NCBI GenBank assembly: GCA_963813155.1 | Contig: CAWEYG010000002.1 | Coordinates: 576,001-640,000, forward strand | DNA length: 64,000 nucleotides | Reading direction: 5' to 3' | DNA from: an uncultured Acidobacteriota bacterium | GTDB lineage: Bacteria; Acidobacteriota; Thermoanaerobaculia; UBA5066; DATFVB01 | Shown: one piece after another, positions 48,866-59,077 of the stretch | Layout of the letters: each line of letters begins with the position of its first letter | How positions within the stretch are numbered: position 1 is the stretch's first letter | Position numbers and translations under genes: made by a program | Notes under the pieces: model-generated | The model's database searches: none | What the model saw: only the letters and a program-made list of their open reading frames with translations | Told to the model about the DNA's origin: nothing

Positions 48866-51481
48866 CTGAGTCTTTCGCCAGGCACCCGCCTCGGTATCTA
48901 CGAAATCCTCGCGCCGCTGGGCGCCGGCGGGATGGGAGAGGTGTACCGGGCCCGGGACACGAAGCTCGGCCGGGACGTCGCTCTGAAGGTCCTTCCCGAG
49001 ACACACGGGCAGGACCCGAGCCGGGTTTCGCGATTCGAGCGGGAAGCCCGGTTGCTCGCATCGGTCAACCATCCCGGCATCGCGGCGATCTACGGAGCCG
49101 AGGAGGACGGCGACCAGCGGTACCTCATCCTCGAGCTCGTGCCGGGCAAGACGCTCGCGGACTACATGCACGGCCCGCTTTCCGTCGCGGAGACGCTCCG
49201 GATCGGGCGCCAGATCGCCGAGGCCCTCGAGGCCGCGCACGAGCGGGGCATCGTCCACCGCGACTTGAAGCCCGCCAACGTCATGATCGGACCGGACGGG
49301 CGAGTGAAGCTCCTCGATCTCGGCCTCGCGAAGATGGTGGACGGCGTGAAAACTCTCGTCGACGGCCTCTCCCGCGACACGACCGCGGGTTTCGACCACA
49401 CGCGCCCCGGCGCGATCATGGGAACCGTCGATTTCATGAGCCCGGAGCAGGCCCGCGGGCAGCCGATCGACAAGCGGACGGACATCTGGGCGTTCGGCTG
49501 CGTCGTTTTCGAGTGCCTCACGGGGCAGCGGGCCTTCACGGGAGACTCCGTTTCCGACGCGCTCGCCGCGATCCTTCGGTCCGAGCCGGAATGGGACCAG
49601 CTGCCCGCCGACACGCCGCCCGCCATCCGGGAGATGCTCGCGCGCTGCTTTCAGAAAGACGCCTCGCAGCGGCTGCGCGACATCGGCGACGCGCGGCTCG
49701 CGATGGACGAGGTGCTCGCGGAAATCGAGCCGCGGCGATCGACCTCGAGCGCCATCGTCGCGGCTCCCCGGAAGCGCGGGTTTCCAAAAATCGCCGCGAT
49801 CTCCGCCGCCGCGGCCGTCGCGGCATTCGCGATTCTCGCCGGCGTCCTGCTCGTCGGCCGCCGCTCTCGCCGGCCGACCCCTCCCCCGCCCGCCCGTCTT
49901 CTGGCGATCCTGCCGTTCCGCGATCTCTCGAACGTTCGCGACGACGGCCTCGTCGGCGAAGGCCTCGTCGAAACGGTTTCGTCGGCTCTCGGGGGCGCGA
50001 CCGGGCTCCAGGTGGTCTCTCCCGCCGCTTCCGTCGCGGCCTCCGCGGGAAACCCGGACCCGCTGCAGGCGGCGCGAAGCCTCGGGGCGACCGTCGTTCT
50101 TCGCGGATCCGTCCAGCGCAGCAGCGACCGCGTTCGGATCACGTATTCGCTCTGGGACGTCGGCCGCGGAACCGAGATCTCGGGGGGCACCCTCGACGGG
50201 TCGGCCTCCGACCTGTTCGACCTGCAGGACCGGCTCGTCGCGCGGGTGAGCAGCGCGGAGTCCCTTCCGATGACCGGTCCGACGCCGCCCGCGGCGGGGC
50301 TCGCTTCCGGGGACGAGCAGGCGCGCTACCTCAAAGCGGTCGGCCTTCTTCAGCACTACAACACGAAAGCTTCGGTCGACGAGGCGACGGCGATCCTCGA
50401 GTCCCTTTCGCGCGAGGCACCGCGGTCGCCGTACGTCTTCGCTTCGCTCGCGCGGGCGTATCTCGAGACGTTCGACCTGACGCACGATCCGACGGTGACT
50501 CCGAAAGCGGAGACGGCCTCGGGCCGCGCGCGCGAGCTGGGGCCGACTCTCGTGGATGTCGACATCACGCTCGGAGAGCTGCGGCTCCACTCGGGCAACG
50601 TGCCCGGCGCAATCGACGCCTTTCGCCGCGCGCTCGCCGGCTCGCCGGCGAACTACCCGGCCCGTCTCGGCCTGGCGCGCTCGCTCGGCGCGGCGGGAAA
50701 CAGCGCCGAGGCGGAAAAGACCTTCCGCCAGGCGATCGATCTCCAGCCGACCTCCTGGGGCGGATACAGCAAGCTCGCGGGGTTCTACTATTCGCGGGGG
50801 CGCTACGCGGACGCCGCCGCGGCGTTTCGCCGCGTCACGGAATTGACGCCGGACAGCGCGATGGCGTTGTCCAACCTCGGCGGAGCGTATTTTCTCGCCG
50901 GCGATCTCGAAAAGGCTCTCGCCGCGTTCCAGCGTTCCCTCGCCCTGGAACCGACGGCGTTCGCGCAATCGAACATCGGAACGGCGGAATTCTTCCTCGG
51001 CAACTACGGCCAGGCGGCCGACGCGTTCGAGCGCGCGACAAGGCTGACGCCCGACCACTATCGCGTCTGGTCGAATTTCGGGGACGCGCTTCGGTGGCTT
51101 CCGGGACGCGCGCCGGACAGTCTGAAAGCGTACGCGCGCGCGATCGAGCTCTGCCGGAAGGAGCTGGACCGGAATCCCGGCGACGGGCTCGTGCGCGCGA
51201 TTCTGGCGAGCTCGCTCGCGAAAAGCGGCAAACCGGCGGAAGGATCGGCCGAAATCGGGCGCGCGCGGAAAACCGGCGGAGCCGACCCCGACATCCTGTA
51301 CCAGGCCGCCGTCGTGGAAGTTCTCACGCGCGACCCGTCGGCCGCGTTGCAGGATCTCCGCAAGGCGCTACAATCCGGCTATCCCAGCGTCCTGGTCGAA
51401 AGGGATCCGGAATTCTCGGGCCTCCGTGCGGACGTGAGGTTCCAGAATCTTCTCGACGGCGGAAACCGGGGCGCTCATTGA
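48866..51481 (+). CDS. Membrane Ser/Thr protein kinase with TolB-N-like domain and TPRs
   Basis: LGAGGMGEVY, VALK, HRDLKPAN, DLG, SPE; TM; LAILPF; TPRs; probable CTG start after AGGAG. Confidence 0.9.
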   Translation: MSLSPGTRLGIYEILAPLGAGGMGEVYRARDTKLGRDVALKVLPETHGQDPSRVSRFEREARLLASVNHPGIAAIYGAEEDGDQRYLILELVPGKTLADYMHGPLSVAETLRIGRQIAEALEAAHERGIVHRDLKPANVMIGPDGRVKLLDLGLAKMVDGVKTLVDGLSRDTTAGFDHTRPGAIMGTVDFMSPEQARGQPIDKRTDIWAFGCVVFECLTGQRAFTGDSVSDALAAILRSEPEWDQLPADTPPAIREMLARCFQKDASQRLRDIGDARLAMDEVLAEIEPRRSTSSAIVAAPRKRGFPKIAAISAAAAVAAFAILAGVLLVGRRSRRPTPPPPARLLAILPFRDLSNVRDDGLVGEGLVETVSSALGGATGLQVVSPAASVAASAGNPDPLQAARSLGATVVLRGSVQRSSDRVRITYSLWDVGRGTEISGGTLDGSASDLFDLQDRLVARVSSAESLPMTGPTPPAAGLASGDEQARYLKAVGLLQHYNTKASVDEATAILESLSREAPRSPYVFASLARAYLETFDLTHDPTVTPKAETASGRARELGPTLVDVDITLGELRLHSGNVPGAIDAFRRALAGSPANYPARLGLARSLGAAGNSAEAEKTFRQAIDLQPTSWGGYSKLAGFYYSRGRYADAAAAFRRVTELTPDSAMALSNLGGAYFLAGDLEKALAAFQRSLALEPTAFAQSNIGTAEFFLGNYGQAADAFERATRLTPDHYRVWSNFGDALRWLPGRAPDSLKAYARAIELCRKELDRNPGDGLVRAILASSLAKSGKPAEGSAEIGRARKTGGADPDILYQAAVVEVLTRDPSAALQDLRKALQSGYPSVLVERDPEFSGLRADVRFQNLLDGGNRGAH

Positions 51482-51495
51482 GAGAAGGAGGGGCC

Positions 51496-51924
51496 ATGGA
51501 TTCGAGAAACAGGATCTCCGTCATGCTCGCTTTCGGAATCGCTCTGGCGGCTTTCTCGTCCGGCGCATGCGCGGCGACGCCGCCGAAATGGAATACCGGT
51601 TGCGGTTCCGATCCCGGCGATCACAAGATCGACGTGGGAACGGAGGTGAGCTGCAAGCTTGCGGTCGTCTCGAAGAGCAAGGCGAACACCGTCACGTGGA
51701 GGTCGATCGACACAGCCCGTCCGAACGTCAAGATCGTGTTCGACGATCCGGACGCGTTCAAGAACATCAAGGATTGCGACGGGCTCCATGCCCAGTGCAA
51801 CTCGGGCGCGCCGACGAGACCGGGGAACCCCAACTGGGTCTATCTCTACAAGGCCTATACCTGCGACAAGGACGGCGTGACCTGCAGCAACCCCGTTGAC
51901 CCGGGAATCATCATCAACCCCTGA
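51496..51924 (+). CDS. Small secreted Cys-rich protein ending in DPGIIINP
   Basis: AAGGAGG SD; signal peptide; seven Cys. Confidence 0.75.
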   Translation: MDSRNRISVMLAFGIALAAFSSGACAATPPKWNTGCGSDPGDHKIDVGTEVSCKLAVVSKSKANTVTWRSIDTARPNVKIVFDDPDAFKNIKDCDGLHAQCNSGAPTRPGNPNWVYLYKAYTCDKDGVTCSNPVDPGIIINP

Positions 51925-51976
51925 GGCGGTTAGAATCGAGAGGCGCCGGGCGGAATCGGCGCGGAGGAGCGTTCCC

Positions 51977-53020
51977 ATGAATCCGACCAAGAGCATTGGC
52001 GTCTGTCTGGTCCTGGCCGCGGCGGCCAGTATCTTCAATGTCCCGAAGGCCCGGGCGGCCGACGCCACGTACACGGTTCGCCGGCTGCCGCTGCCGGGCG
52101 GGGCCGGCGCGCCGATCCTCATGGATTACATCGCGTTCGACCCCGCCAGCCGTTCGGTGTGGGCCCCGGCGGGGAACACTGGCGCGGTGGACGTCGTCGA
52201 TGCCTCGACGGGCGCGATTCGGCAGATTCCCGGCTTTCCGACCGCCGTGATGGGGACGGGCGAGCGCAAGCGCGTCGTCGGCCCGAGCTCGGTCACGATC
52301 GGTCGAGGCATCGTTTACGTCGGGAATCGCGGAGACTCGACCGTGTGCGCTTTCGACGCTCGATCGCTCGCGCGCGGCGCGTGCCACAAGCTCGACTCGA
52401 TGCCGGACGGGATCGCGTTCGTCGAAGCCACGAAGGAGGTCTGGGTCACGACTCCGCGGGACAAATCGGTCCGCATCCTCGACGCGATCTCCCTCGACGA
52501 GAAGTCGAGGCTCGCCTTCGAAGGCAACCCGGAGGGATTCGCGGTCGACGCGAAGCGCCATCGCTTCTACACGAACCTGGAAGACAAAGACCTGACGCTC
52601 GCGATCGATCTCGTGTCGCGCAAGACCGTCGCGACCTGGAAGCCCTCGTGCGGCGCGGACGGCCCGCACGGCCTTCGCGTGGACGCGTCCGCGGGACATC
52701 TTTTCGTCGCCTGCAGCGCGCGCGTGGAAGTCCTCGATGCCGCCCACGGCGGCGAGGTCCTCTCCTCGATCGACACCGGAGACGGCGTGGACGACATCGA
52801 CTACTCGCCGGCGACGCACCTGCTGTACGTCGGCGCGGCCAAAGCCGGACAGCTCACGATCGCGCGCGACGATGCGCACGGGAAGCTGTCCGCCGTCGCG
52901 ACAGTGAAGACGGTCGTCGGCGCGCGCAATCCGGCCGTGACCGACAAGGGAACCGTGTACCTCGCCCATTCCGCGCTCGGCGGCCTGAGCGACCTCGTCG
53001 TCGTCGAGCCCCGGAAATAG
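51977..53020 (+). CDS. Secreted YncE/YVTN-like beta-propeller protein
   Basis: MDYIAFD, PDGIAF, GNPEGFAVD, PHGL, GDGVDDIDY. Confidence 0.8.
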   Translation: MNPTKSIGVCLVLAAAASIFNVPKARAADATYTVRRLPLPGGAGAPILMDYIAFDPASRSVWAPAGNTGAVDVVDASTGAIRQIPGFPTAVMGTGERKRVVGPSSVTIGRGIVYVGNRGDSTVCAFDARSLARGACHKLDSMPDGIAFVEATKEVWVTTPRDKSVRILDAISLDEKSRLAFEGNPEGFAVDAKRHRFYTNLEDKDLTLAIDLVSRKTVATWKPSCGADGPHGLRVDASAGHLFVACSARVEVLDAAHGGEVLSSIDTGDGVDDIDYSPATHLLYVGAAKAGQLTIARDDAHGKLSAVATVKTVVGARNPAVTDKGTVYLAHSALGGLSDLVVVEPRK

Positions 53021-53039
53021 GCGGCGTCGAACGCCGGGC

Positions 53040-54341
53040 TCAGGCGTTCGACCGGAGGAACGTCGAGAACTGGTCGGCCGGCAAGGGGTGGCTCAGGAGA
53101 TAACCCTGGCACTCATCGCACCCCAGGCCTTTCAATTGCGCCTTCTGCTCGTTCGTCTCGACGCCTTCGGCCACGACCCGGAGGCCCAGGCTGTGCGCGA
53201 GGCGAATCATCGATCCCACGATTTCCCGGTCGCGCGGATCTTCGAGGCTGCCCTTCAGGAACGACTGATCGATCTTGATGTGCGTGATCGGCAGCCTTCT
53301 CAGGTAAGCGAGCGAGGAATACCCCGTCCCGAAGTCGTCGAGGGCCACGCGGATGCCCAGATCGCGAACGGCGCGAAGGATTCGCGTCGCGTTCACTTCG
53401 TCGTGAATGGCGACGCCTTCCGTGATCTCCAGGGTGAGCGTCTCGGGCTTGAGCCCGCTCTCGTCGAGCCCGCGGCGGACGGTCTCCAAAAGGTCGCCTT
53501 TTCGGAATTGCATCGCCGACACGTTGACGGAGACCCCCATGCCGGGATCCGACTCGTTCTGCCACAGGGCCCCCTGTCGGCACGCTGTACGGAAAACCCA
53601 GGAGCAGATCGGCAGAATGAGAGTGGACTCCTCGGCAAGGGGGATGAAGTACTTGGGCTCGATCAGCCCCTTCTGAGCGTGACTCCACCGGACGAGGGCT
53701 TCCGCGCCGACGACCCTGTCGCTCGCGAGGTCGAGGACCGGCTGGTAATGCAGAAGGAAATCCCCGTTCTTGACCGCTTCCCGCAGCTGGTATTCGACTG
53801 ACACTTCGAACGCGGGCTTCGCGGCCATCGCCGGCGCGAACACCTGGAAGTTGTTCCGGCCGCTTTCCTTCGCCCGGTACATCGCGGCGTCGGCTTTGAC
53901 GATCAACGTCTCCGGATCGTCGCCGTCGGGCGGGAAGAGGCTGACGCCGACGCTCGCCGTCATCTGGATCGGATTCCCCCCGAGGTCGCCGGGCTCCGCC
54001 ACCCGGGCCAGCAGATTTTTCGCGATGTGGACGTGAGCATCGTCCGTCCGGAGATCCTGAAAGAGCAGAACGAACTCGTCTCCTCCCACCCGCGCGATCG
54101 TGTCCTGTTCCCGCACGGCGCCCTCGAGCCGGTGGACGACGACCTTCAGAAGGGAATCCGCCATTCGGTGTCCGAGCCGGTCGTTCACCTGTTTGAAGTG
54201 ATCCAGGTCGACGAACATGACGGCGACGCGGCTTTGGATGCGCCGGGCGCGCGCCAGCGCGTTGCCCAATCGGTCGGCAAAGAGCTGCCGGTTCGGCAAC
54301 CCGGTGAGATCGTCATGAAACGCCTGGGAAGTCACGGCCAT
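53040..54341 (-). CDS. GGDEF-EAL protein with no sensor domain
   Basis: HDDLTGLPNR, GGDEF, AEAL, DDFGTGYSS. Confidence 0.9.
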   Translation of the reverse strand: MAVTSQAFHDDLTGLPNRQLFADRLGNALARARRIQSRVAVMFVDLDHFKQVNDRLGHRMADSLLKVVVHRLEGAVREQDTIARVGGDEFVLLFQDLRTDDAHVHIAKNLLARVAEPGDLGGNPIQMTASVGVSLFPPDGDDPETLIVKADAAMYRAKESGRNNFQVFAPAMAAKPAFEVSVEYQLREAVKNGDFLLHYQPVLDLASDRVVGAEALVRWSHAQKGLIEPKYFIPLAEESTLILPICSWVFRTACRQGALWQNESDPGMGVSVNVSAMQFRKGDLLETVRRGLDESGLKPETLTLEITEGVAIHDEVNATRILRAVRDLGIRVALDDFGTGYSSLAYLRRLPITHIKIDQSFLKGSLEDPRDREIVGSMIRLAHSLGLRVVAEGVETNEQKAQLKGLGCDECQGYLLSHPLPADQFSTFLRSNA

Positions 54342-54510
54342 AACCTCGTTTCGATCCGGCCAGACCGCGGCAATCCGCGCCCTCCCTCCCGCTCGAAAGC
54401 GTCGAAAGCCAGGGTGAACTGGTCGTCGTTTTGCGCGGCGCAGTCTAGCCCAAACGCGCTCCGGAGGCGAGCCTCCCCCCGATCGCCCGCGGGCTTCCCC
54501 CGTACGATTT

Positions 54511-54798
54511 TCAGTCGTGCGCTTTGACCGGCCCTTCGATGACTTCGGGTTTCTGGGTGATGAGCTTCGCCATGTGGTCCCGGACATAGTCCGCGGCGAG
54601 ATGGATCGACTCGTCGGCGCCGGCCTTGTCCTGGAAAACGCTGACCGACGCGCCCTCGCCTTTGCCCGTGTCCAGCCAGTAGTAGCGAATGAAACCCTTC
54701 GCCTTCTTGATCAGAGGAACGAACTCGTCTTTGACCATCCTGTCGATGGTGGCGCCGTTCTCCGGCTTGAAATGGTAGTGACGGACGACTGCAAACAT
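54511..54798 (-). CDS. Small ABM-like (dimeric alpha-beta barrel) protein
   Basis: MFAVVRHY..FVPLI..KGFIRYY..SVSVF; AAGGAGG SD. Confidence 0.75.
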   Translation of the reverse strand: MFAVVRHYHFKPENGATIDRMVKDEFVPLIKKAKGFIRYYWLDTGKGEGASVSVFQDKAGADESIHLAADYVRDHMAKLITQKPEVIEGPVKAHD

Positions 54799-54839
54799 GG
54801 ATGCCTCCTTCTTTTCCCCGGGAGCGTACACCCGATCAC

Positions 54840-56641
54840 TCAGTGAGCCAGCGGATCGAGCGAGCGGCAGGCCGCGCGAAGCTGATCGTCTGTCAGGCGA
54901 TCCAGCTGCGTGAGGCGCGCGACTCCGGGCTCGAACCCGGAGACTTCCGCGGCGTGCGCATTCATCCACGCGACGATTCCCTTGAGCACGCGCTCGTTGG
55001 CCTTCCCGTGAGCGCTCGAACCCCCCACCGGCGACAGGATCGATCCGAGCGATCCCCTCGGTCCCGGCGCGAACTGCACCTCGGAGAGCTTGGCGCGAAA
55101 CTCCAGCTCCTCGTCGTCGTGGATTCCCATGGCCTTGTCGATCGCGTGACGCCCTTCGTGAGCCCAGATCGAAGCGGCGTCGGAGTCCCGGCGAACGGTC
55201 CGAAGAAAGGCGTCGCGAAGGGCGTCGCCGGACAGCCCCTCCTTTTCGAGCCTCTGCCGCAGGCTCTCCGCATACTGATCGGACAACCTCGACTCGAGGC
55301 CGCGCAACGCCGCGACCTCGTCGTCCTTGACCCGCTCGCGGTCCCGGATGGACTCCGACCGGATCTCTTCCTGCGCGCGGGTCCTCGTCTCGGGATCGGT
55401 CAACTGTCGCCAGAGGCGCAGGGGGCCTCCGACGTACATGGGACGAACCTGGTAGACGACGCCGTCTCCCACCCACCCGCCGGTGCCCGACCGTCCGTGG
55501 GTGGCCCAGGTCGCATACCCGCCGGCGATCATCCCGTCCAGCTGGACGAATCGAAGCGACGCCTTCCGGCCGTGCTGCTCGACTTCGCGGGTTTCGTCGG
55601 CAACGCGGTGGCCGTAGAGAATGTCGGGGACTCCTTCCGTGTCGCCGACGGTGAAGATCGCGCCGAAGCGCTCGTCCAGCTCGCGTTGCAAGGACTCCAG
55701 CGAGAACGCCGAGTCTTTCGGACGCGGCGGCAGGGCATTCCACAGCGCGACACCCTCTGCGTCCAGTGCCTGATGAAATTGCCGGGCGTCGTCGATGCCC
55801 GCGGCGACCTGCCGGAAGTGTTCGTCCGCGACGGCATGAATCCGGCGCGTGAATTCCGCGTACCGCCTCACGTCGAGGACGGGGGCGTCGTGCTTCGCCG
55901 CGAGCGGGGCGCACGGATTGTCGAGAACGAGCTCGATTTCGTCGAAGAGCTTCGCTTTCGCGAGGGCCAGCCCCGTCGCGCGCCGATCGTGGACGTCCGC
56001 CGGAACGAGCGAAGGGAGCCCCGAGTCGTACCAGCCCCACGCCTTCGCGCGCGGTCTTTTCGTCGCCCGCGAGAAGAGAAGCGTCGAGGAGCAGGCGCGA
56101 CCGCTCGAGCGTGGGGCCGCCTTCTTCGATGGCCGCGGACAGGCTCGCGATCGCCTCTTCGAGGCTCGGCCGGTCGGCCGGACAGCGTCCGCCCAGACGG
56201 CGGGAGCGCGCTTCTTCGATGGTCGCGGTGCCCAGCCGGGTGAGCGCCTCGTCCCGATCAGAAGCCTTCGTCGCGCGCGTCCGGGCGTCCCGGGCGGCCT
56301 TCCGAGCCGCTTCGAAGTCCCGGGCGAGCTCCGTCTCGAGCCGGGAAAGCTCCGAGAGCGCCGCGGAAGCCTCCGGGCCCTTCGCGAGACCGCCCAGGAG
56401 CGAGCGCGCGGCCGCGGCGTCGTGGAAGACGTACCAATCGAGACGCGCCGCCCGAAGGATCGCCTGATCGCGCCGCTTCGGATCCGGGTCCGATCGCGAA
56501 GCCTCGAGAAAAAGATCACGCGCCTTTCGTTGATTCGCCTCCATCGAGGCGTTGTCCGCGGCGTCGAACGGAGCAATCGACAGGAGGCGCGGGGGGCGCA
56601 GAGCTAGCCGCGAGGAGAAGGAGAATCAGAAGAGCGTTCAT
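54840..56641 (-). CDS. Secreted helical protein with HExxH metallopeptidase motif (frameshifts near 56045 and 56570)
   Basis: Signal MNALLILLLLAASSA; AHEGRHAID..ELEFRA; parts lie in three frames. Confidence 0.65.
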
Positions 56642-56784
56642 GGGGCGAGCCTGCGTTTTTCGTTGACGTTCATGCTCGGTACTACGTCGGGAAGAGGCGG
56701 AAGTTCGCCGCTCGGCACGCGAAAGCGGAAGTCACGATAGATTGTCATCGGTAATTTCATTTTCGATCCAGAAGGAGGCACACC

Positions 56785-57099
56785 ATGCGCTGGTACCAAC
56801 ACTTGGCGTATTTCTTCGGCGGAGCTTTCCTGGCAAACACCCTGCCCCATCTCGGCAACGGAATCTCGGGACACGCCTTTCAGAGCCCCTTCGCATCGCC
56901 GCCCGGTGTGGGTCTTTCGTCTGCCACGGTGAATGTCCTCTGGGGCCTCCTCAACCTCGTTGTCGCGTACTTGCTCATCTGCCGCGTCGGCGATTTCAAT
57001 TTGCGAAAAACGGAGCACGTGGTCCACCTCGGCGCCGGTATTCTGATCATGTCCCTCATGCTTGCCCACAGCTTCGGTCGGTTTCACGGGGGGCTCTGA
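56785..57099 (+). CDS. Small membrane protein (lower GC)
   Basis: FFGGAFLANTLPH..FQSPFA.PPG.GLSS..NVLWG; strong SD. Confidence 0.8.
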   Translation: MRWYQHLAYFFGGAFLANTLPHLGNGISGHAFQSPFASPPGVGLSSATVNVLWGLLNLVVAYLLICRVGDFNLRKTEHVVHLGAGILIMSLMLAHSFGRFHGGL

Positions 57100-57503
57100 T
57101 GCTTTCGGAGAGTGTGATGCAACCCTCTGCAACCGGACGAGGCGTCAGATCGTGCAAAGCTCTTTTTGAGAGTTGTCTTGGTGATCGCCGCTCCGTGCGC
57201 CATCTTTCTGGGTGCGGTTCGGCTCGGGCTGGCTCACCCGATCTGGTGGGCCTTAGGCGGTGGGGGTGATTATCCTCGTCGCCCAACGCGCACGGGGCTC
57301 TACCAATCGTGTGAGATAACATCCGCTTCCACCGGCCCACCCCTCTCTTCTTGCCGTTGAATCCGGGTCGTCGAGTTCGACGGTTGATTGAATGTCGCTA
57401 AGGCGGGGCTGCTCTTCATCGCGCCCGCAGCAGAGTGCGCGGCTCTTAGAACGAAGCGCTTCCCGGCCCGAGCTATGATCCCGATACCCGAGAGGAGGGA
57501 ACC

Positions 57504-58743
57504 GTGAAAATCCGACTCGCTGCCGCTCTCGCTGTTTTCTGTCCCACGCTCGCGCTCGGAAGCGCGGCGACCGGCGTCGTGGGCGTCCTGGGATCCTCAA
57601 ACTCGTTGGTCCTGTCGAGCGTCGAGCTCATCGACCTCGTCCATGGCGCCACCGCCGCCGGCAACTACACGTCTGCAACCGTCTACTGGGAGGGGGGAAC
57701 GCCGGCAGTTCGTGTTCGTCCGCGTTCAAGCTTCGCTTCTACCATCCGGCTGCCCTGGGCTCGACCGACCTCCAGCTCGTGGCGGAGCGGGGTCCCTTTG
57801 ACGCGAGCCCGGGCCTCGTGACGGTCGCGCTCTCTCCCGCGGTGACGGTTTCGACCGGCGATCTTATCTCCGTCGTTTCGATACTCGGGTTTTCATGCGG
57901 CGGCCCGGTGCTCGGCAGCAGCGGGGAGACCGCGGCGACGCTCGTGGTCAACCTGGACACCGCCGGCACGTCGCGCTCCGTGTGCGCAGGGAGCCTTTTC
58001 CCCTACACTCTGGCGGCCCGCGCCACGATGGGCGGCACGGAGGTCCGATCGGGCATCGTCACCGGCGCCGGCTCCGCGCACGGCGCGGCCGGATCGAATT
58101 TCAAGACGGAGATCCAGGCGATCAATCCCGGTGCGGTCGCGATCAACGTCAAGCTCCGCTTCCATCCCATCGGGGTTTCACCGGCTCGGCGTCGGATCCC
58201 TCGGTCTCCTTCTCCCTCGGGGCGTTCCAGTCCACGCGGATCCACGACATCGGAGACGCGCTCGGTATTTCCGGGCTCGGGAGCATCGACGTTCTGTCGG
58301 ACGAGAGCTATCCACCGCTCCTCGTGACCCACGTCTTCAACGACGCCGGCGCCGCCGGGACCGCGGGATTTTCCGAGCCGACGGTCCGCTCTGGCGACGT
58401 CTACGTGCTCGAGACGCTCGACACGGCCTTCCTTTTCGCACCGGGAGACCTGACGCAGTACCGCATGAACGTCGGCGTCCGGACCCTGTCGGAAGGAGCA
58501 AGCCTCGCGGTTCAGGTCCTCGATGCGGCGACTGGAGCCGTCAAGACGACTCGGAGCATCGACTATCCGGCCGACTTCTTCGACCAGAAGACCATTTCCG
58601 ACTTCCTTGGCGGCTTCGCGGTTTCAGCCAACGACTCCATCCAGATCCAGGTCACGGACGGGCGGGCGATCGTCTATGCCGTTTCCGTGGACAACGTCAC
58701 CAACGATACGAGCCTGCAACTCGGGACGCGGACGCACTTCTAG
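57504..58743 (+). CDS. Secreted hypothetical protein (several frameshifts)
   Basis: Signal MKIRLAAAL; GSAHGAAGSNFKTE..NPG; YRMNVGVRTL..YAVSVDNVTND, spread over three frames. Confidence 0.65.
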
Positions 58744-58808
58744 CAGGACGTTACGGCGACGGGCTGGACGCCGGGGACGTGGCGGGTCGAGCGCCGGGCG
58801 GGGGGATC

Positions 58809-58936
58809 GTCGCAAGTTCCCGCCTCGAGGAAGAAAAAAGGCCGGGACGTTAACCGCTTCGAAGTCTTCCGAAATGCGAACTTGCGGCGATTCTTACGGG
58901 TCGCAAGTTCCCGCTTCGAGGAAGAAAAAAGGCCGG
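58809..58936. repeat. 37-bp direct repeat, two copies (58809-58845, 58900-58936)
   Basis: GTCGCAAGTTCCCGC(C/T)TCGAGGAAGAAAAAAGGCCGG, one mismatch. Confidence 0.9.
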
Positions 58937-58953
58937 AAATGTTCATCCCGGCC
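58925..58953 (-). terminator. Terminator downstream of the tRNA
   Basis: GGCCGG/CCGGCC stem followed by T6 on the minus strand. Confidence 0.75.
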
Positions 58954-58963
58954 ATCTCGTAAT

Positions 58964-59040
<77 letters not shown>

Positions 59041-59077
59041 TCAGGGATGTGCAAGATATCGGAGCCGCCGGCGGGTG

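Noticed and set aside
58809-58936. Mini-CRISPR (37-bp repeat with a 54-bp spacer)
   Set aside because: Only two copies, no cas genes, and the repeat includes part of the tRNA terminator
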